Assembly (NCBI GenBank): GCA_964479005.1
Contig: CAYZJA010000002.1
Coordinates: 32,001-96,000, forward strand
Direction of reading: 5' to 3'
DNA: 64,000 bases
From: an uncultured Candidatus Saccharibacteria bacterium
GTDB taxonomy: Bacteria; Patescibacteriota; Minisyncoccia; UBA6257
Every line of letters starts with the position of its first letter. Positions within the stretch are counted from its first letter, which is position 1. Shown one piece after another: positions 39,854 through 50,054 of this stretch. A program made the translations under genes and the position numbers. The notes under the pieces were generated by a model. It made no database searches. It saw only the letters and a program-made list of their open reading frames with translations, and had not been told where the DNA came from.

Positions 39854-40669
39854 TTATACAATATTTTTGATTAACAAGGAAGAAAGAGAAATCCATTCTT
39901 TTATGGAAAGATTTTGCGCCCTTGTATTTAGCGGCATGTTTAATTGTATGAATATTTTTTGGAGAACGTCTCTTTTTATACTGAGATTTTTGGAGAGATT
40001 ATTTATAAGCAATTTTCTTGGTTGCTTAAAACCAGCTTTTATAACTTTGAAAAAAGATTGCGGAGTTTGCCCGCCTAAATTTTGTTTCAAAATTTTAGCG
40101 GGTAAAGGAGTTATTTTAATAACAGCAGAGTCTACTTTAGGTTCTGGATAAAAAGCGGTTCTTGGAACATAGCAAATGATTTCTGGTTTTGCATAAAATT
40201 GTACAGAAGCGGATAGAAGATTCATTTTTGGTGGTTGAGCTATTATTCTTTCAGCCACCTCTTTTTGAATCATTAAAACTATTAATTTAGGTTTAATTGG
40301 ATTTTCTAAAAGTAAACGCAAAAGTCGCGAAGTTAAATAATAAGGAATATTGCCGATGGCCTTGTATTCAGTATTCAGTATTCTGTATTCAGTGTTTTGG
40401 AGGAAGTCTCGAATATCTCCTTGGATAATTTTTAAATTTAATTTGTCTTTAAAGTAATCTTTCAGGAATTTTACTAATTCTGGGTCTTTTTCAACAGCGA
40501 TTATTTCAGCACCAGTTTTCAAAAAAGCTTGAGTTAAAATGCCCTTTCCTGGTCCAATTTCTAAAATTTGATCTTTGGAGTTGATATCTGCTGCTTGGAT
40601 AATCTTTTGTATAGTCTCCTCGTCCTTAAGGAAAACTTGCCCTAATTTTTTTTGTTTTCTTGTTATCAT
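39854..40669 (-). CDS. rsmA: 16S rRNA (adenine1518/1519-N6)-dimethyltransferase
   Basis: 271 aa with LGQVFL...ILEIGPGKGILT and SAM-MTase motifs. It contains a small in-frame tandem duplication (NTEYRILNTEYKA). Confidence 0.9.
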   Translation of the reverse strand: MITRKQKKLGQVFLKDEETIQKIIQAADINSKDQILEIGPGKGILTQAFLKTGAEIIAVEKDPELVKFLKDYFKDKLNLKIIQGDIRDFLQNTEYRILNTEYKAIGNIPYYLTSRLLRLLLENPIKPKLIVLMIQKEVAERIIAQPPKMNLLSASVQFYAKPEIICYVPRTAFYPEPKVDSAVIKITPLPAKILKQNLGGQTPQSFFKVIKAGFKQPRKLLINNLSKNLSIKRDVLQKIFIQLNMPLNTRAQNLSIKEWISLSSLLIKNIV

Positions 40670-40736
40670 ATAGATTTTGACAAAAGTATTTATAATGGTA
40701 AAATAGAAAGGTAATTAAAATAATTATATAAAAATA

Positions 40737-41420
40737 ATGAATAAAAAAACATATACAAATTTGGTCATCATTGGTCTGGCCATAATAGCAATTGTCGCAG
40801 TCTTGCTTGTAAGAAGTAGGGGAAATCAAAATATTTATACTGGATTCTTAAAACCTGGAGAAGGCGCTTGGTCTGAAATTATGAATAGTGCAGAAAACTC
40901 ACAAAGGATAGTTTATTTAGGAGAAAAGATTGTTCATAATACACGAGCATATGGAATAGAAATTGAGTCAATTGTTTCTGAAAATGAAAGTGCTGTTACG
41001 CAGGTATGGCGGGACAGAGAATCAAATGAAATAGTGGAGATTGTTAGTAAACTAAAAGGGAAAAGCGAAGTTATTTGCGTAAACGATTCTTTAATGGAAA
41101 TACTTATACCTTCATTTAGTTCTTTGCTTCCAGCAATAAAAACACCAGAAAAATATAGTTTAAATAATGAATATACTTATGGTACTTTTACTACTAATAC
41201 CGGAAAAACAATTCAAATAGCGAAGCTCATGGACGAAAACGATATTGAGATATGGATTAGCAGTGAAGTTCCGTTTGGTATTGTAAAAATTGTAAATAAC
41301 ACAACAGGAGAAATCACAGCTTATTTACAGGATTTTGGTTTGACTGGAGGCAAGGCAAAGATTTCAGAAACAGAAATGCTTAATTGCAAAAAGATAAATT
41401 TTCCTAATTTAACAGAATAG
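40737..41420 (+). CDS. Secreted/membrane-anchored hypothetical protein
   Basis: 227 aa with an N-terminal TM/signal. Confidence 0.4.
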   Translation: MNKKTYTNLVIIGLAIIAIVAVLLVRSRGNQNIYTGFLKPGEGAWSEIMNSAENSQRIVYLGEKIVHNTRAYGIEIESIVSENESAVTQVWRDRESNEIVEIVSKLKGKSEVICVNDSLMEILIPSFSSLLPAIKTPEKYSLNNEYTYGTFTTNTGKTIQIAKLMDENDIEIWISSEVPFGIVKIVNNTTGEITAYLQDFGLTGGKAKISETEMLNCKKINFPNLTE

Positions 41421-41442
41421 ACTAAAAGATATATTTTGTTTA

Positions 41443-41471
41443 CCCCGTTAGAAGTATTGTTTCTGACGGGG
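41443..41471 (+). terminator. Hairpin (ccccgttagaa / tttctgacgggg) downstream of 40737..41420
   Basis: About 11-bp stem with one mismatch. It is not followed by a strong T-run, so terminator function is uncertain. Confidence 0.35.
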
Positions 41472-41499
41472 TTGACATTCAAACTAATCTTGATAGAAT
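41472..41499 (+). promoter_or_regulatory. Sigma70-like promoter (TTGACA-16-TAGAAT)
   Basis: TTGACA at 41472-41477 and TAGAAT at 41494-41499, upstream of the LysM-M23 gene. Confidence 0.4.
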
Positions 41500-41606
41500 T
41501 ATTGATAAGGCCTTTAAGAAGGCTTTTTTAATAACATTTATTCTAAATTACCATTTTTACCTGGAAAGCACAACTTAATAAAGGTATAAAAAGCGCCAAT
41601 TATTTA

Positions 41607-42686
41607 ATGTCCTTATCTTTATTAAAGATAGCAATTGGTTTGTTTTTGATTTCTTTGTTTTTCGGCAATTCTTATCTTTCTTCCCAAATTATGTTTCTTC
41701 AAAAAGAGGGGGAAGAGTTTTTAATAAAAGAAGACGGTTGCCCCATAATTTTAGAAGGCAGTTCATTTGCTAAGACGGCTTATGCCTACAGTGAATGCTT
41801 AAGTGCGGACGGAAGTCAAATTATTGAGGGCGATTTTGAAACGTATGACCCAGCCCAACAGAATTTTTTGATTATTATAAACAGCGATAGTTTTTTGGGA
41901 ATTAATTCCCCTGTTAAATTTTTATTGCCTTCATCTCAGCGCCATACAGTTTTTTCCTATGTAGTGCAGGAAGGAGATACGCCGGGTAGAATTGCGGCAA
42001 ATTTTGGAGTAAGTTTAAATACTATTTTATGGGCTAATGATTTAAAATCCAGCTCTATAATTAAACCCAATCAGGAACTCATTATTCTTCCAATTTCAGG
42101 AGTAATGCATACAGTCAAAAAAGGAGACACATTACTTTCTATAGCCAAAAAATACAGGGCATCATCTGATGAAATATTTGTTTTTAATGATTTAAAAGAT
42201 GAAGGTTCTATAAAAATCGGCCAAGAACTTATCATTCCAAGTGGTCGGCTTTCTTCAGCCACTTCTCTATCATTATCTGCTGGGCTTAAACCTATGATAA
42301 TTGATATTAGTCATTGGCCAGAGATTGATGGCTTTTTTGCTTATCCTACTTCCTTCGGCTTGAATAGAGGGATTTTCCACTATTATAATGCCGTTGATAT
42401 TGTGAGTTCTTGTGGAAGTCCTATTTATGCTGCTGCTGATGGAATGGTAGTTGAAGCTAAAGGAACAGGAAGATATAATTACGGTTATGGTAATTTAGTT
42501 AAGATTCAACATTATAACGGCACTACGACTGTTTATGGCCATCTAAGCGGATTATCTGTAAAAGAAGGAGATAAGGTTTATCAAGGAGATCTAATAGGAA
42601 AGATGGGTGACACAGGCAATGCTGAATGTTGTCATCTTCATTTTGAAGTCAGAGGAGCCCAGAATCCTTTTGTAAAAAGACGATAG
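41607..42686 (+). CDS. Secreted LysM-LysM-M23 family metallopeptidase
   Basis: 359 aa with two LysM repeats and a C-terminal M23 domain (HYNGTTTVYGHLSG...GDTGNAECCHLHFEV). Confidence 0.85.
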   Translation: MSLSLLKIAIGLFLISLFFGNSYLSSQIMFLQKEGEEFLIKEDGCPIILEGSSFAKTAYAYSECLSADGSQIIEGDFETYDPAQQNFLIIINSDSFLGINSPVKFLLPSSQRHTVFSYVVQEGDTPGRIAANFGVSLNTILWANDLKSSSIIKPNQELIILPISGVMHTVKKGDTLLSIAKKYRASSDEIFVFNDLKDEGSIKIGQELIIPSGRLSSATSLSLSAGLKPMIIDISHWPEIDGFFAYPTSFGLNRGIFHYYNAVDIVSSCGSPIYAAADGMVVEAKGTGRYNYGYGNLVKIQHYNGTTTVYGHLSGLSVKEGDKVYQGDLIGKMGDTGNAECCHLHFEVRGAQNPFVKRR

Positions 42687-42692
42687 GGACAA

Positions 42693-44237
42693 TTAATATT
42701 CATTCCAAGAAAATTCCGTTTTATATTGCAATGCTTCGGCAACGTGATTAAACTTAATTGTTTCTGTATTTTCTAAATCAGCTATTGTCCGGCTGATTTT
42801 TAAAATTCTGTGATAGGATCGAGCTGATAAAGAATATTTGTTGATAGCCTTTTTTAGTAAGATTTCCGCTTGTTGCTCTACTTGGCAAAATTCATTTATT
42901 TCTTTTATTTTCATTTCCCCGTTAGTAGACATACTAGGATTAATATTAATGAATCTTTGTTCTTGTATTTTACGGGCAGTAATAATCTTTTGTTTTATTT
43001 CTTCCGAGGTTTCTAGGGGGATATTGCTCTTTATTTCTTTAAATGATAAACGCGGTACATCAATAATAATATCGATTCTATCCAAAAGTGGGCCAGAAAT
43101 CTTTTTTCTATATCTAATTATATCTCCAGGGCGGCAGACGCATTCTTTATGCGAATCACCAAAATAGCCACATGGGCAGGGATTCATTGCCGCTATTAAA
43201 ATAAATTTAGCTGGAAAAGTGATTCTGTTTTGGACGCGGGATACGCAAATTTTCCCCTCTTCTAGTGGCTGCCTAAGGCTTTCCAAAACATCTCTTTTGA
43301 ATTCTGGCAATTCATCCAGAAAAAGGATTCCGCAATGAGCTAAAGTAATTTCCCCGGGCATCGGATGCGTTCCCCCTCCAATTAGCGCAGCTGACGACGC
43401 AGTATGATGCGGAGAACGAAAAGGACATTGCGTAATTAATGGTTGAGAAGGCGGGAGCAATCCGCTAATACTGTGAATTTTAGTCACTTCAAGGCATTTT
43501 TCCATGCTCATTGGTGGGAGAATAGAGAGAAAGGCTTTGGCTAGCAGAGTTTTTCCCGAACCAGGCGGACCTATCATTAAAATATTATGATTTCCGCTGG
43601 CAGCGACAACAAGCGCCCTTTTTGCTCTGGCTTGCCCCTTTATTTGAGAAAAATCCATCTCTTTATTAAAAGCACTGGGAAAATTCTTAGGGGCTTTATA
43701 AGGAGAAAGATTAATTTTGTTTTCTAAAAAAGAAATAAGTTCTTTAAGGTTTTTTATTCCAATAACTTTTAGATTTTTTGCAGCCATAGCCGCTTCGGCA
43801 GCATTTTTAGAAGGAACGAAAATATATTCATAACCGTTTTTTTCTGCCCACATAGCAATAGCTAAAACTCCGCGTACTGGTTTTACCAATCCTTCTAATG
43901 TTAATTCTCCAACGAAAATCTTTTTTTCAGGAGAAAAAGGAATAATTTGTTCAGAAGCCAAAAGATAGCCTAATGCAATAGCTACATCATAATAAGAGCC
44001 GTATTTTTTCATATTAGCTGGCGCTAAATTAATAGTAATTTTCCTATTTGCTCTTAAAGGAGATTTAGCTCCAATATTTTTTATTGCGGCTGATACTCTT
44101 TGCTTGGCTTCTTTAATAGAAATATCTGGTAAGCCGATTATATTAAAAGAATGAAGTCCATTAGATACATCAACTTCTACTTCAATTAAAGTAGTTTCTA
44201 AACCAAAAAGAGCGGCAGAGTAAATTTTAGACAACAT
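42693..44237 (-). CDS. comM: Mg-chelatase-like AAA+ protein ComM/YifB
   Basis: 514 aa with the N-terminal Lon-like domain (MLSKIYSAALFGLE..) and an AAA+ core (GPPGSGKT). Confidence 0.9.
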   Translation of the reverse strand: MLSKIYSAALFGLETTLIEVEVDVSNGLHSFNIIGLPDISIKEAKQRVSAAIKNIGAKSPLRANRKITINLAPANMKKYGSYYDVAIALGYLLASEQIIPFSPEKKIFVGELTLEGLVKPVRGVLAIAMWAEKNGYEYIFVPSKNAAEAAMAAKNLKVIGIKNLKELISFLENKINLSPYKAPKNFPSAFNKEMDFSQIKGQARAKRALVVAASGNHNILMIGPPGSGKTLLAKAFLSILPPMSMEKCLEVTKIHSISGLLPPSQPLITQCPFRSPHHTASSAALIGGGTHPMPGEITLAHCGILFLDELPEFKRDVLESLRQPLEEGKICVSRVQNRITFPAKFILIAAMNPCPCGYFGDSHKECVCRPGDIIRYRKKISGPLLDRIDIIIDVPRLSFKEIKSNIPLETSEEIKQKIITARKIQEQRFININPSMSTNGEMKIKEINEFCQVEQQAEILLKKAINKYSLSARSYHRILKISRTIADLENTETIKFNHVAEALQYKTEFSWNEY

Positions 44238-44275
44238 AATTTATGCACCCGCCGCTTTTTTGAATATTTTATAGT

Positions 44276-44659
44276 TTATTTTTTCTGGGACTTGTTTTTA
44301 TTATTGCAAATTATACAAGTTTTAGCCGCAGCATTGGCCTTTAAACGATCCAATCGGATATCTTTTTTACAGATTTCACAGCGACCATAATTATTTTCTT
44401 TAATTTTTTCCAAAGCTTCATTAACTTCTTTAAGGCGAATTTCTAAAGCATATTCTACAGCCAATAAGTTTTCATACATTTCTGTTTCTTTAACGCCTTC
44501 ATCAGGCGCAGAAGAACGGCCTCCGAGATCTGGAAATCTGGTATCGTAATCATCAGGCAGCTTCTTATCTTTATCGGCAAATTTTAACAAATCCTTTTCT
44601 AAAAGGGCTCGTTCTTGCTCTAATTTCTTTTTTAATTCGGAGAGAGTTTTTTTGTCCAT
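44276..44659 (-). CDS. DksA/TraR-family C4 zinc-finger protein
   Basis: 127 aa with an N-terminal coiled coil and a C-terminal CxxC...CxxC motif (CEICKK...CIICNN). Confidence 0.7.
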   Translation of the reverse strand: MDKKTLSELKKKLEQERALLEKDLLKFADKDKKLPDDYDTRFPDLGGRSSAPDEGVKETEMYENLLAVEYALEIRLKEVNEALEKIKENNYGRCEICKKDIRLDRLKANAAAKTCIICNNKNKSQKK

Positions 44660-44718
44660 AATTTTAATACAGGCATTCTATCATAAAATCAGAATTTTTA
44701 AAAGTCAACCCCATGCTG

Positions 44719-44747
44719 ATTGACCTTACATAAAAATATTGATATTA
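44719..44747 (+). promoter_or_regulatory. Promoter for tRNA-Gly (TTGACC-17-TATTAT)
   Basis: The -35 element is at 44719-44724 and the -10 at 44742-44747. The tRNA starts 10 nt downstream. Confidence 0.5.
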
Positions 44748-44757
44748 TAAAAACAAA

Positions 44758-44830
44758 TGCGGGGTTAGTATAGTGGTAATATACGACATTGCCAATGTCG
44801 AGACGCGAGTTCAATTCTCGTACCCCGCTC
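44758..44830 (+). tRNA. tRNA-Gly (anticodon GCC)
   Basis: The cloverleaf was folded by hand. The acceptor is GCGGGGT/ACCCCGC, the anticodon stem-loop is CGACA-TTGCCAA-TGTCG and the T-arm is GCGAG-TTCAATT-CTCGT. Confidence 0.85.
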
Positions 44831-44884
44831 AAATTAAATAGCAATTAACAAAATAACAATGATTAAAAACAACCCATTAATTAA

Positions 44885-45160
44885 TTAATGAGTTGTTTTT
44901 TTAATATCCGTTACTATCTTTTTTGTTTCTTCCATCATAATCTCTTGTAGATTTCCCAGGTAGTCATGCAAGAAATTATTTTTTTCTTCTTCATTATCAG
45001 AATTGAATATTTTTGCCATCATTGCTTTTTTTTCGTTATCTAAATTTTTATAAGCTCGCATTAATGAACGTTCTAATATAGTGTCATATATAGTGTCATA
45101 TAATTGTGAAACCGTGCTTTTCATTTCTGGAGGAAGATTGTTTAAAAATTTTTGTTGCAT
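44885..45160 (-). CDS. Hypothetical protein
   Basis: 91 aa with no recognised domain. Confidence 0.35.
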   Translation of the reverse strand: MQQKFLNNLPPEMKSTVSQLYDTIYDTILERSLMRAYKNLDNEKKAMMAKIFNSDNEEEKNNFLHDYLGNLQEIMMEETKKIVTDIKKTTH

Positions 45161-45195
45161 TTTACATATTATTTAAAATTTTAATAAATTAATTA

Positions 45196-46551
45196 TCATT
45201 TTTTCTCTTTCTTTTTACCTCCTCCGGCTTGTCCTATCAAATAATCTTCTCCCTTCATCAGAAGTCCAATAAAAAGAATTAAGATTAATGTAACAAACCA
45301 ACCAGCTGCTCCAAAAGCTGTTCCCCATGCAGATTCTTTTTTCTCAATATGTTCTTTTGCTTTTGTGATAGAATCTGGGACTTCTTCTTTTTGTTTTGTT
45401 ATCTTTTCTATTGTTTTTCTAAGCGCTTGAAATTCTTTTGTGTTTATGAGTTTTTGAACTTTTTCCTTTGTCTTTGGATCCTCAAAAAAGTTAACCAGTT
45501 CGGGCAGAACCTTGGATACTGCTTCTTTGTCAAACCCAAATTTTTTTAATTGTTCTATAATTATTTCATCTGGCGGTAATTTGTCGTGTTTCATATCTTT
45601 CTTTAGATCCTGTAAAGATTGTTTCTTCTTTTCAATTGATTCTTTCTCTATATCTGCTATTTCTGCTATAGTTTTTGACTTAATATCTGGGTTTTCTATA
45701 TTTTTAACAATAACATCAACATTGCCTTTAAAAGGTATATCTTCTGAGGCTAAAATCTGGGCTATTTCTTTGAAGGTTTTATCCTTTGAATAAAAAATAT
45801 TCTCTTTTTCTAATTGTCCATTAACAAAATTTTTTATTATTTTCAGTTTTTCTTTATCCTCAAGACCCCACTCTTTATAGTCTAAGGCCATAGTTAAGCC
45901 AACTTTGTTAACTGTTTGTGCCTTTTTTAAATCATAAAGAAATATCGATGGCTCTAATCTATTAAGTTCTGAGAAAATATTTTGGATGCCTTTATAATTA
46001 TCTAAATAGGCTGTGTCTGTCCAGTCGTCGATTAATTTAAAGTATCTTTCCGTTTTTTCTTTTTTTAATTTTTTAGTATCACATGGCATTTGCTTGATTT
46101 TTTCCAGTTCATCATAATATTCCTCTGTAATCTCTCTTTCTAAATCCTCTTTTTCCTTTTCTTTTTCTCCTTTTTTCTTTTTTGGACCCTCTTTCTTCCC
46201 AGGTTTTTTTCCTTCTGGTTTTACCTCCTTTTCTTCTTTTCCCCCCGGAGTTTCTTTAGTCTGTTTGTCTAGTGTGGTATATTTTATTTCTAACTCCTTC
46301 TTTTTTTGTATGTCGTCGGGACTAAGATATTCTTTATCATCTAATTTCTTTAATTCTTCTTCTAATGATGTTAATTCTTTATCAGTCTCTTCCTTTTTTG
46401 CATGGTCACCTTCTTTATCCTGTTCTGTTGATTCAGCGCTTTTCTCCTCAGCAGGTTTTCTCCAGATACCATTTTCAAGAACCCATCCAGGATAGGGAGG
46501 TTGTTCTTTAGATGGTTCTAATGGAGTATTTGGTATTTGTTCAAATCTCAT
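45196..46551 (-). CDS. K/E-rich hypothetical protein with C-terminal TM anchor
   Basis: 451 aa of highly charged low-complexity sequence. The C-terminus has a TM helix followed by GGGKKKEKK. Confidence 0.4.
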   Translation of the reverse strand: MRFEQIPNTPLEPSKEQPPYPGWVLENGIWRKPAEEKSAESTEQDKEGDHAKKEETDKELTSLEEELKKLDDKEYLSPDDIQKKKELEIKYTTLDKQTKETPGGKEEKEVKPEGKKPGKKEGPKKKKGEKEKEKEDLEREITEEYYDELEKIKQMPCDTKKLKKEKTERYFKLIDDWTDTAYLDNYKGIQNIFSELNRLEPSIFLYDLKKAQTVNKVGLTMALDYKEWGLEDKEKLKIIKNFVNGQLEKENIFYSKDKTFKEIAQILASEDIPFKGNVDVIVKNIENPDIKSKTIAEIADIEKESIEKKKQSLQDLKKDMKHDKLPPDEIIIEQLKKFGFDKEAVSKVLPELVNFFEDPKTKEKVQKLINTKEFQALRKTIEKITKQKEEVPDSITKAKEHIEKKESAWGTAFGAAGWFVTLILILFIGLLMKGEDYLIGQAGGGKKKEKK

Positions 46552-46565
46552 AATATTTTTTGCTA

Positions 46566-47180
46566 CTATTTTTTGTTTTTTATAATCTCATCAATAATTC
46601 CATATTCTTTTGCTTCTTCAGGAGTAAGCCAAAAATCCCTGTCAGTTTCTTTTGATATTTTCGCGATAGGTTGTCCAGTATGTTTTGCCAAAATCTGATT
46701 TAATTGTTTTTTAACACGAAGAATTTGTTTTGCCGCGATTTCTATTTCTGTAGCCTGACCTCCTGCTTCTCCCATTACCTGATGAAGAAGAAGCTCTGCA
46801 TTAGGAAGGGCAAAGCGTTTGCCTTTTTTACCAGCAGCTAAAATGACAGCGGCGCCAGAGGCGGCCATGCCCAAGCAAAGCGAGGAAACATCACATTTAA
46901 CATATTGTATTGTGTCGTAAATTGCCAGGGTAGAAGTAACTGATCCTCCTGGGGAATTAATGTAAAGGAGGATGTCCTTTTTTGGGTCTTGATGTTCCAA
47001 AAATAACAATTGAGCAATAATAGTATTAGCTAGAGGGTCATCAATTGGACCTCCCAAGAAGATGATTCTTTCTTTCAAAAGTCGGGAATAAATGTCATAA
47101 ACCCTTTCTCCAATAGCGGATTTTTCAATAACAGTAGGAACAAGAACCATATCATTTTGATTTTGAGAAAAATTCTTCAT
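46566..47180 (-). CDS. clpP: ATP-dependent Clp protease proteolytic subunit
   Basis: 204 aa with the Ser-His-Asp triad context ([14 protein letters not shown]). Confidence 0.9.
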   Translation of the reverse strand: MKNFSQNQNDMVLVPTVIEKSAIGERVYDIYSRLLKERIIFLGGPIDDPLANTIIAQLLFLEHQDPKKDILLYINSPGGSVTSTLAIYDTIQYVKCDVSSLCLGMAASGAAVILAAGKKGKRFALPNAELLLHQVMGEAGGQATEIEIAAKQILRVKKQLNQILAKHTGQPIAKISKETDRDFWLTPEEAKEYGIIDEIIKNKK

Positions 47181-47282
47181 ATTTATTTGTTTACAGTAAT
47201 ATATTTAATATAGTGGTTTTTAAATCTTTTGTCAAACCCCATGCCTTTGAAAAATAAAATAAAATTAGTATAATGAATTCAT

Positions 47283-47969
47283 ATGGAAGAAAAAGAATTA
47301 TCTATTATTATTCCCGTCTATGAAAAAGGGAAGTGGATTAGTAATACAATTAAATCTCTACTTGAACATTTTCCTCGGGCAGAGATTATTATAATTAATG
47401 ACGGTAGCAAAGATGATACGCAAAAGATAAGAGATATATTTGGCGAGAGAATTGTTTACTTAGAAAACGAAATGAATTACGGGAAAGGATATAGTTTACG
47501 GAAAGGATTTAATAAAGCGCAAGGAAAATATTTGATTTTTACTGATGCTGATCTGCCTTTTAACGTTGAATATATAGACAAAGTATTTGAAGAATTAAAA
47601 AAGAAAAAATCTATAGTAATTGGTTACCGCAAACGATTCTATAATGATAGATTTTACAAAAAGCTTATTAGGCCTTTCTTGTATTTAACATTAAAAATCT
47701 TGTTTGGTTTTAAATATCGTGATACTCAGTGTGGTTTGAAGGGATTTGCCAAAGAACAAGGTAAAAAAATATTTGCCCTTAGTATTACAAATGGTTTTGT
47801 GATTGATATAGAAATACTTTATTTAGCCAAAAGATTAGGTTATTCAGTGGATAAAGCTGAAGTAAAACAAGGGATTTTTTCTGATTCATCCACTTTTTAT
47901 CTTTCTGGTATGTTGCGAATGGTTTTTGATTTATTAATAATAAAATTTCATCACTATGAAATACCTTAA
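47283..47969 (+). CDS. Family 2 glycosyltransferase (polyprenol-phosphate sugar synthase-like)
   Basis: 228 aa with a GT-A fold. It has IIIPVYEK, the DGSKDDT motif and a DAD motif. Confidence 0.75.
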   Translation: MEEKELSIIIPVYEKGKWISNTIKSLLEHFPRAEIIIINDGSKDDTQKIRDIFGERIVYLENEMNYGKGYSLRKGFNKAQGKYLIFTDADLPFNVEYIDKVFEELKKKKSIVIGYRKRFYNDRFYKKLIRPFLYLTLKILFGFKYRDTQCGLKGFAKEQGKKIFALSITNGFVIDIEILYLAKRLGYSVDKAEVKQGIFSDSSTFYLSGMLRMVFDLLIIKFHHYEIP

Positions 47970-50043
47970 ATTTCAAAGGATTTCTGTTATCCTGGTTTTT
48001 ATCTTTATTTTTGGTTATTTAATTTCTCAAATTCCGTGGAATTTAATCTTTACTGATACAATGGTTGGTGGAGGAGACACAGGTTCTCATAATTATGTTG
48101 TTTATTATGCTCAAGAGATTTTTCCAAAAATAAAATGGTGGTCTCCTGATTGGTATGCTGGTTTTCCTTTTCTATATTTTTATCCCCCGCTCCTTTATTA
48201 CACAACAATACTATTAAGTTATGCCATTCCTTTAAATATTGCCTTTAAATTAATTACACTTTTAGGAACATTTCTTTTGCCTTTAACTGTTTTTCTTTGT
48301 TTGTTATTTCTTGACTTCAAATTTCCTATCCCTTCTTTAGGGGCTCTTCTGAGCTTAAGCTATTTGTTTCTGGAAAAGTTTTCTATTTATGGCGGTAATA
48401 TCCCGAGTACTTTATCAGGGGTGTTTTCATATTCTTTTGCTTTTGCTCTTTTCTTTTTATTTATTGGCTTATTAGTAAAAGGAATAAAAGAAAATCGTTA
48501 TTTAATTATTAATATTTTTGTTCTTTCTTTAATGATTTTATCCCATCCCTTCTCTGCTATGGTTGCTGTTTTATTTGCAGCGATTATTTTTTTACAAAGT
48601 GTAATAAAAAAAGAAGCAAAGAAAGTTTTTTTGTATTTAATTAAGGTTTTTGGTTTAGCTTTTGGTTTAACTGCTTTTTGGTCACTTCCTTTTTTAGGTC
48701 TTCTTTCCTATACATCAAAAATGAGTTGGACCAAAATAATTAAATTTGAAGAAATTTTTCCAGCCTCTTTAATGATTTTTCAGATCATTGCGATATTAGG
48801 AATAATTTATGCTTTTCTTAAAAAAGACAAAAAACTTTTTCCTCTTGTTTTTATTATTTGCGTTTCTTTGATACCATTTCTTTTTCTTAATAATTCCAGT
48901 ATATTGAACGCCAGATTTTTGCCATTTATTTTAATGGCTAGCTTGATGATTGCCGCGTATACCTTAGGAAGCTGGATACAATATATAAAAAAACCATTTG
49001 TTTTTATTGTTTTGCTAGTTTTTTCCGGCTATATGTTATTTTTCTATCTTCCTTCAACAATTTCTTATATTCCTTTTTGGATGAAATGGAATTATGAAGG
49101 ATTGCAAAGTAAGGATGCTTGGCCAGAATTAGAAAGTCTTTCTGGCTATTTAAAAGATCTTCCTTATGGAAGAGTAATGTGGGAATACCGTTCTGAATAT
49201 GATAAATTTGGCACTCCTCGCGTTTTAGAAAACCTGCCGATTTTTACTAACAAACCAACTTTTGAAGGTTTGTTAATTGAGTCTTCTGTTTCTGGCTATT
49301 TTCATTTTATTAATCAAGCTGAAACAACCAAAACGCCTACTTCAGCTATTGCTGGATTAGAATATCCGTCTTTTAATTTTGAAAATGGAGCAAAGCATTT
49401 GCAGTATTTTGGGGCTCAATATTTTGTCGCGTATACATCTGAAATTAAAGAGTTGGCTGACGAACATTTTATCAGAATGTCTGATGTTGGTGGATTTAGA
49501 GTTTATAAGATTCCAGATTCTGATTTGGTGGAGGTTATTCCTGATATTAACTTAAAATTGAAAACAAAAAAGTGGTTAGACGAGTCAATTGATTGGTATA
49601 AAAAAATGGACTTATCTCAGCCCATAGTTTTTTATCAAAATAAAAAAGAATTAGAGGATATAAGGGGCTATATTCAGCAAAAGGAACTAACAGAGAATGC
49701 AATCGTTGAAATAAAAGAAATAAAAAATGATTCTTTAATTTTTTCAACTGATTATTTAGGAATGCCTCATTTAATAAAATATAGTTATTTTCCCGGTTGG
49801 CAAGCAAAAGGAGCAAAAGGCCCTTATTTAATTAGCCCATCTTTTATGATGGTGATTCCTTTTCAAAATGAAGTAACTTTAAAGTATTCTTATAATATTT
49901 GGGATAAAATTGGCTTTGTGATGTCTCTAGGTAGTTTTATGATGATTCTATTGTTGTTGCGAAATTTGTCTTTTTGGCAAAGCCAAAAGGGCGATGCGAA
50001 GCAATCCAAAAAGATTACTGAGTCGCTTCGCTCTTCACAATAA
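47956..50043 (+). CDS. Large polytopic membrane protein, putative GT-C-type glycosyltransferase
   Basis: 695 aa with at least 12 TM helices in the N-terminal two thirds and a soluble C-terminal domain. It overlaps the GT2 gene by 14 nt. The function is inferred from this pairing. Confidence 0.4.
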   Translation: MKYLKFQRISVILVFIFIFGYLISQIPWNLIFTDTMVGGGDTGSHNYVVYYAQEIFPKIKWWSPDWYAGFPFLYFYPPLLYYTTILLSYAIPLNIAFKLITLLGTFLLPLTVFLCLLFLDFKFPIPSLGALLSLSYLFLEKFSIYGGNIPSTLSGVFSYSFAFALFFLFIGLLVKGIKENRYLIINIFVLSLMILSHPFSAMVAVLFAAIIFLQSVIKKEAKKVFLYLIKVFGLAFGLTAFWSLPFLGLLSYTSKMSWTKIIKFEEIFPASLMIFQIIAILGIIYAFLKKDKKLFPLVFIICVSLIPFLFLNNSSILNARFLPFILMASLMIAAYTLGSWIQYIKKPFVFIVLLVFSGYMLFFYLPSTISYIPFWMKWNYEGLQSKDAWPELESLSGYLKDLPYGRVMWEYRSEYDKFGTPRVLENLPIFTNKPTFEGLLIESSVSGYFHFINQAETTKTPTSAIAGLEYPSFNFENGAKHLQYFGAQYFVAYTSEIKELADEHFIRMSDVGGFRVYKIPDSDLVEVIPDINLKLKTKKWLDESIDWYKKMDLSQPIVFYQNKKELEDIRGYIQQKELTENAIVEIKEIKNDSLIFSTDYLGMPHLIKYSYFPGWQAKGAKGPYLISPSFMMVIPFQNEVTLKYSYNIWDKIGFVMSLGSFMMILLLLRNLSFWQSQKGDAKQSKKITESLRSSQ

Positions 50044-50054
50044 CAAGAGAAAAA

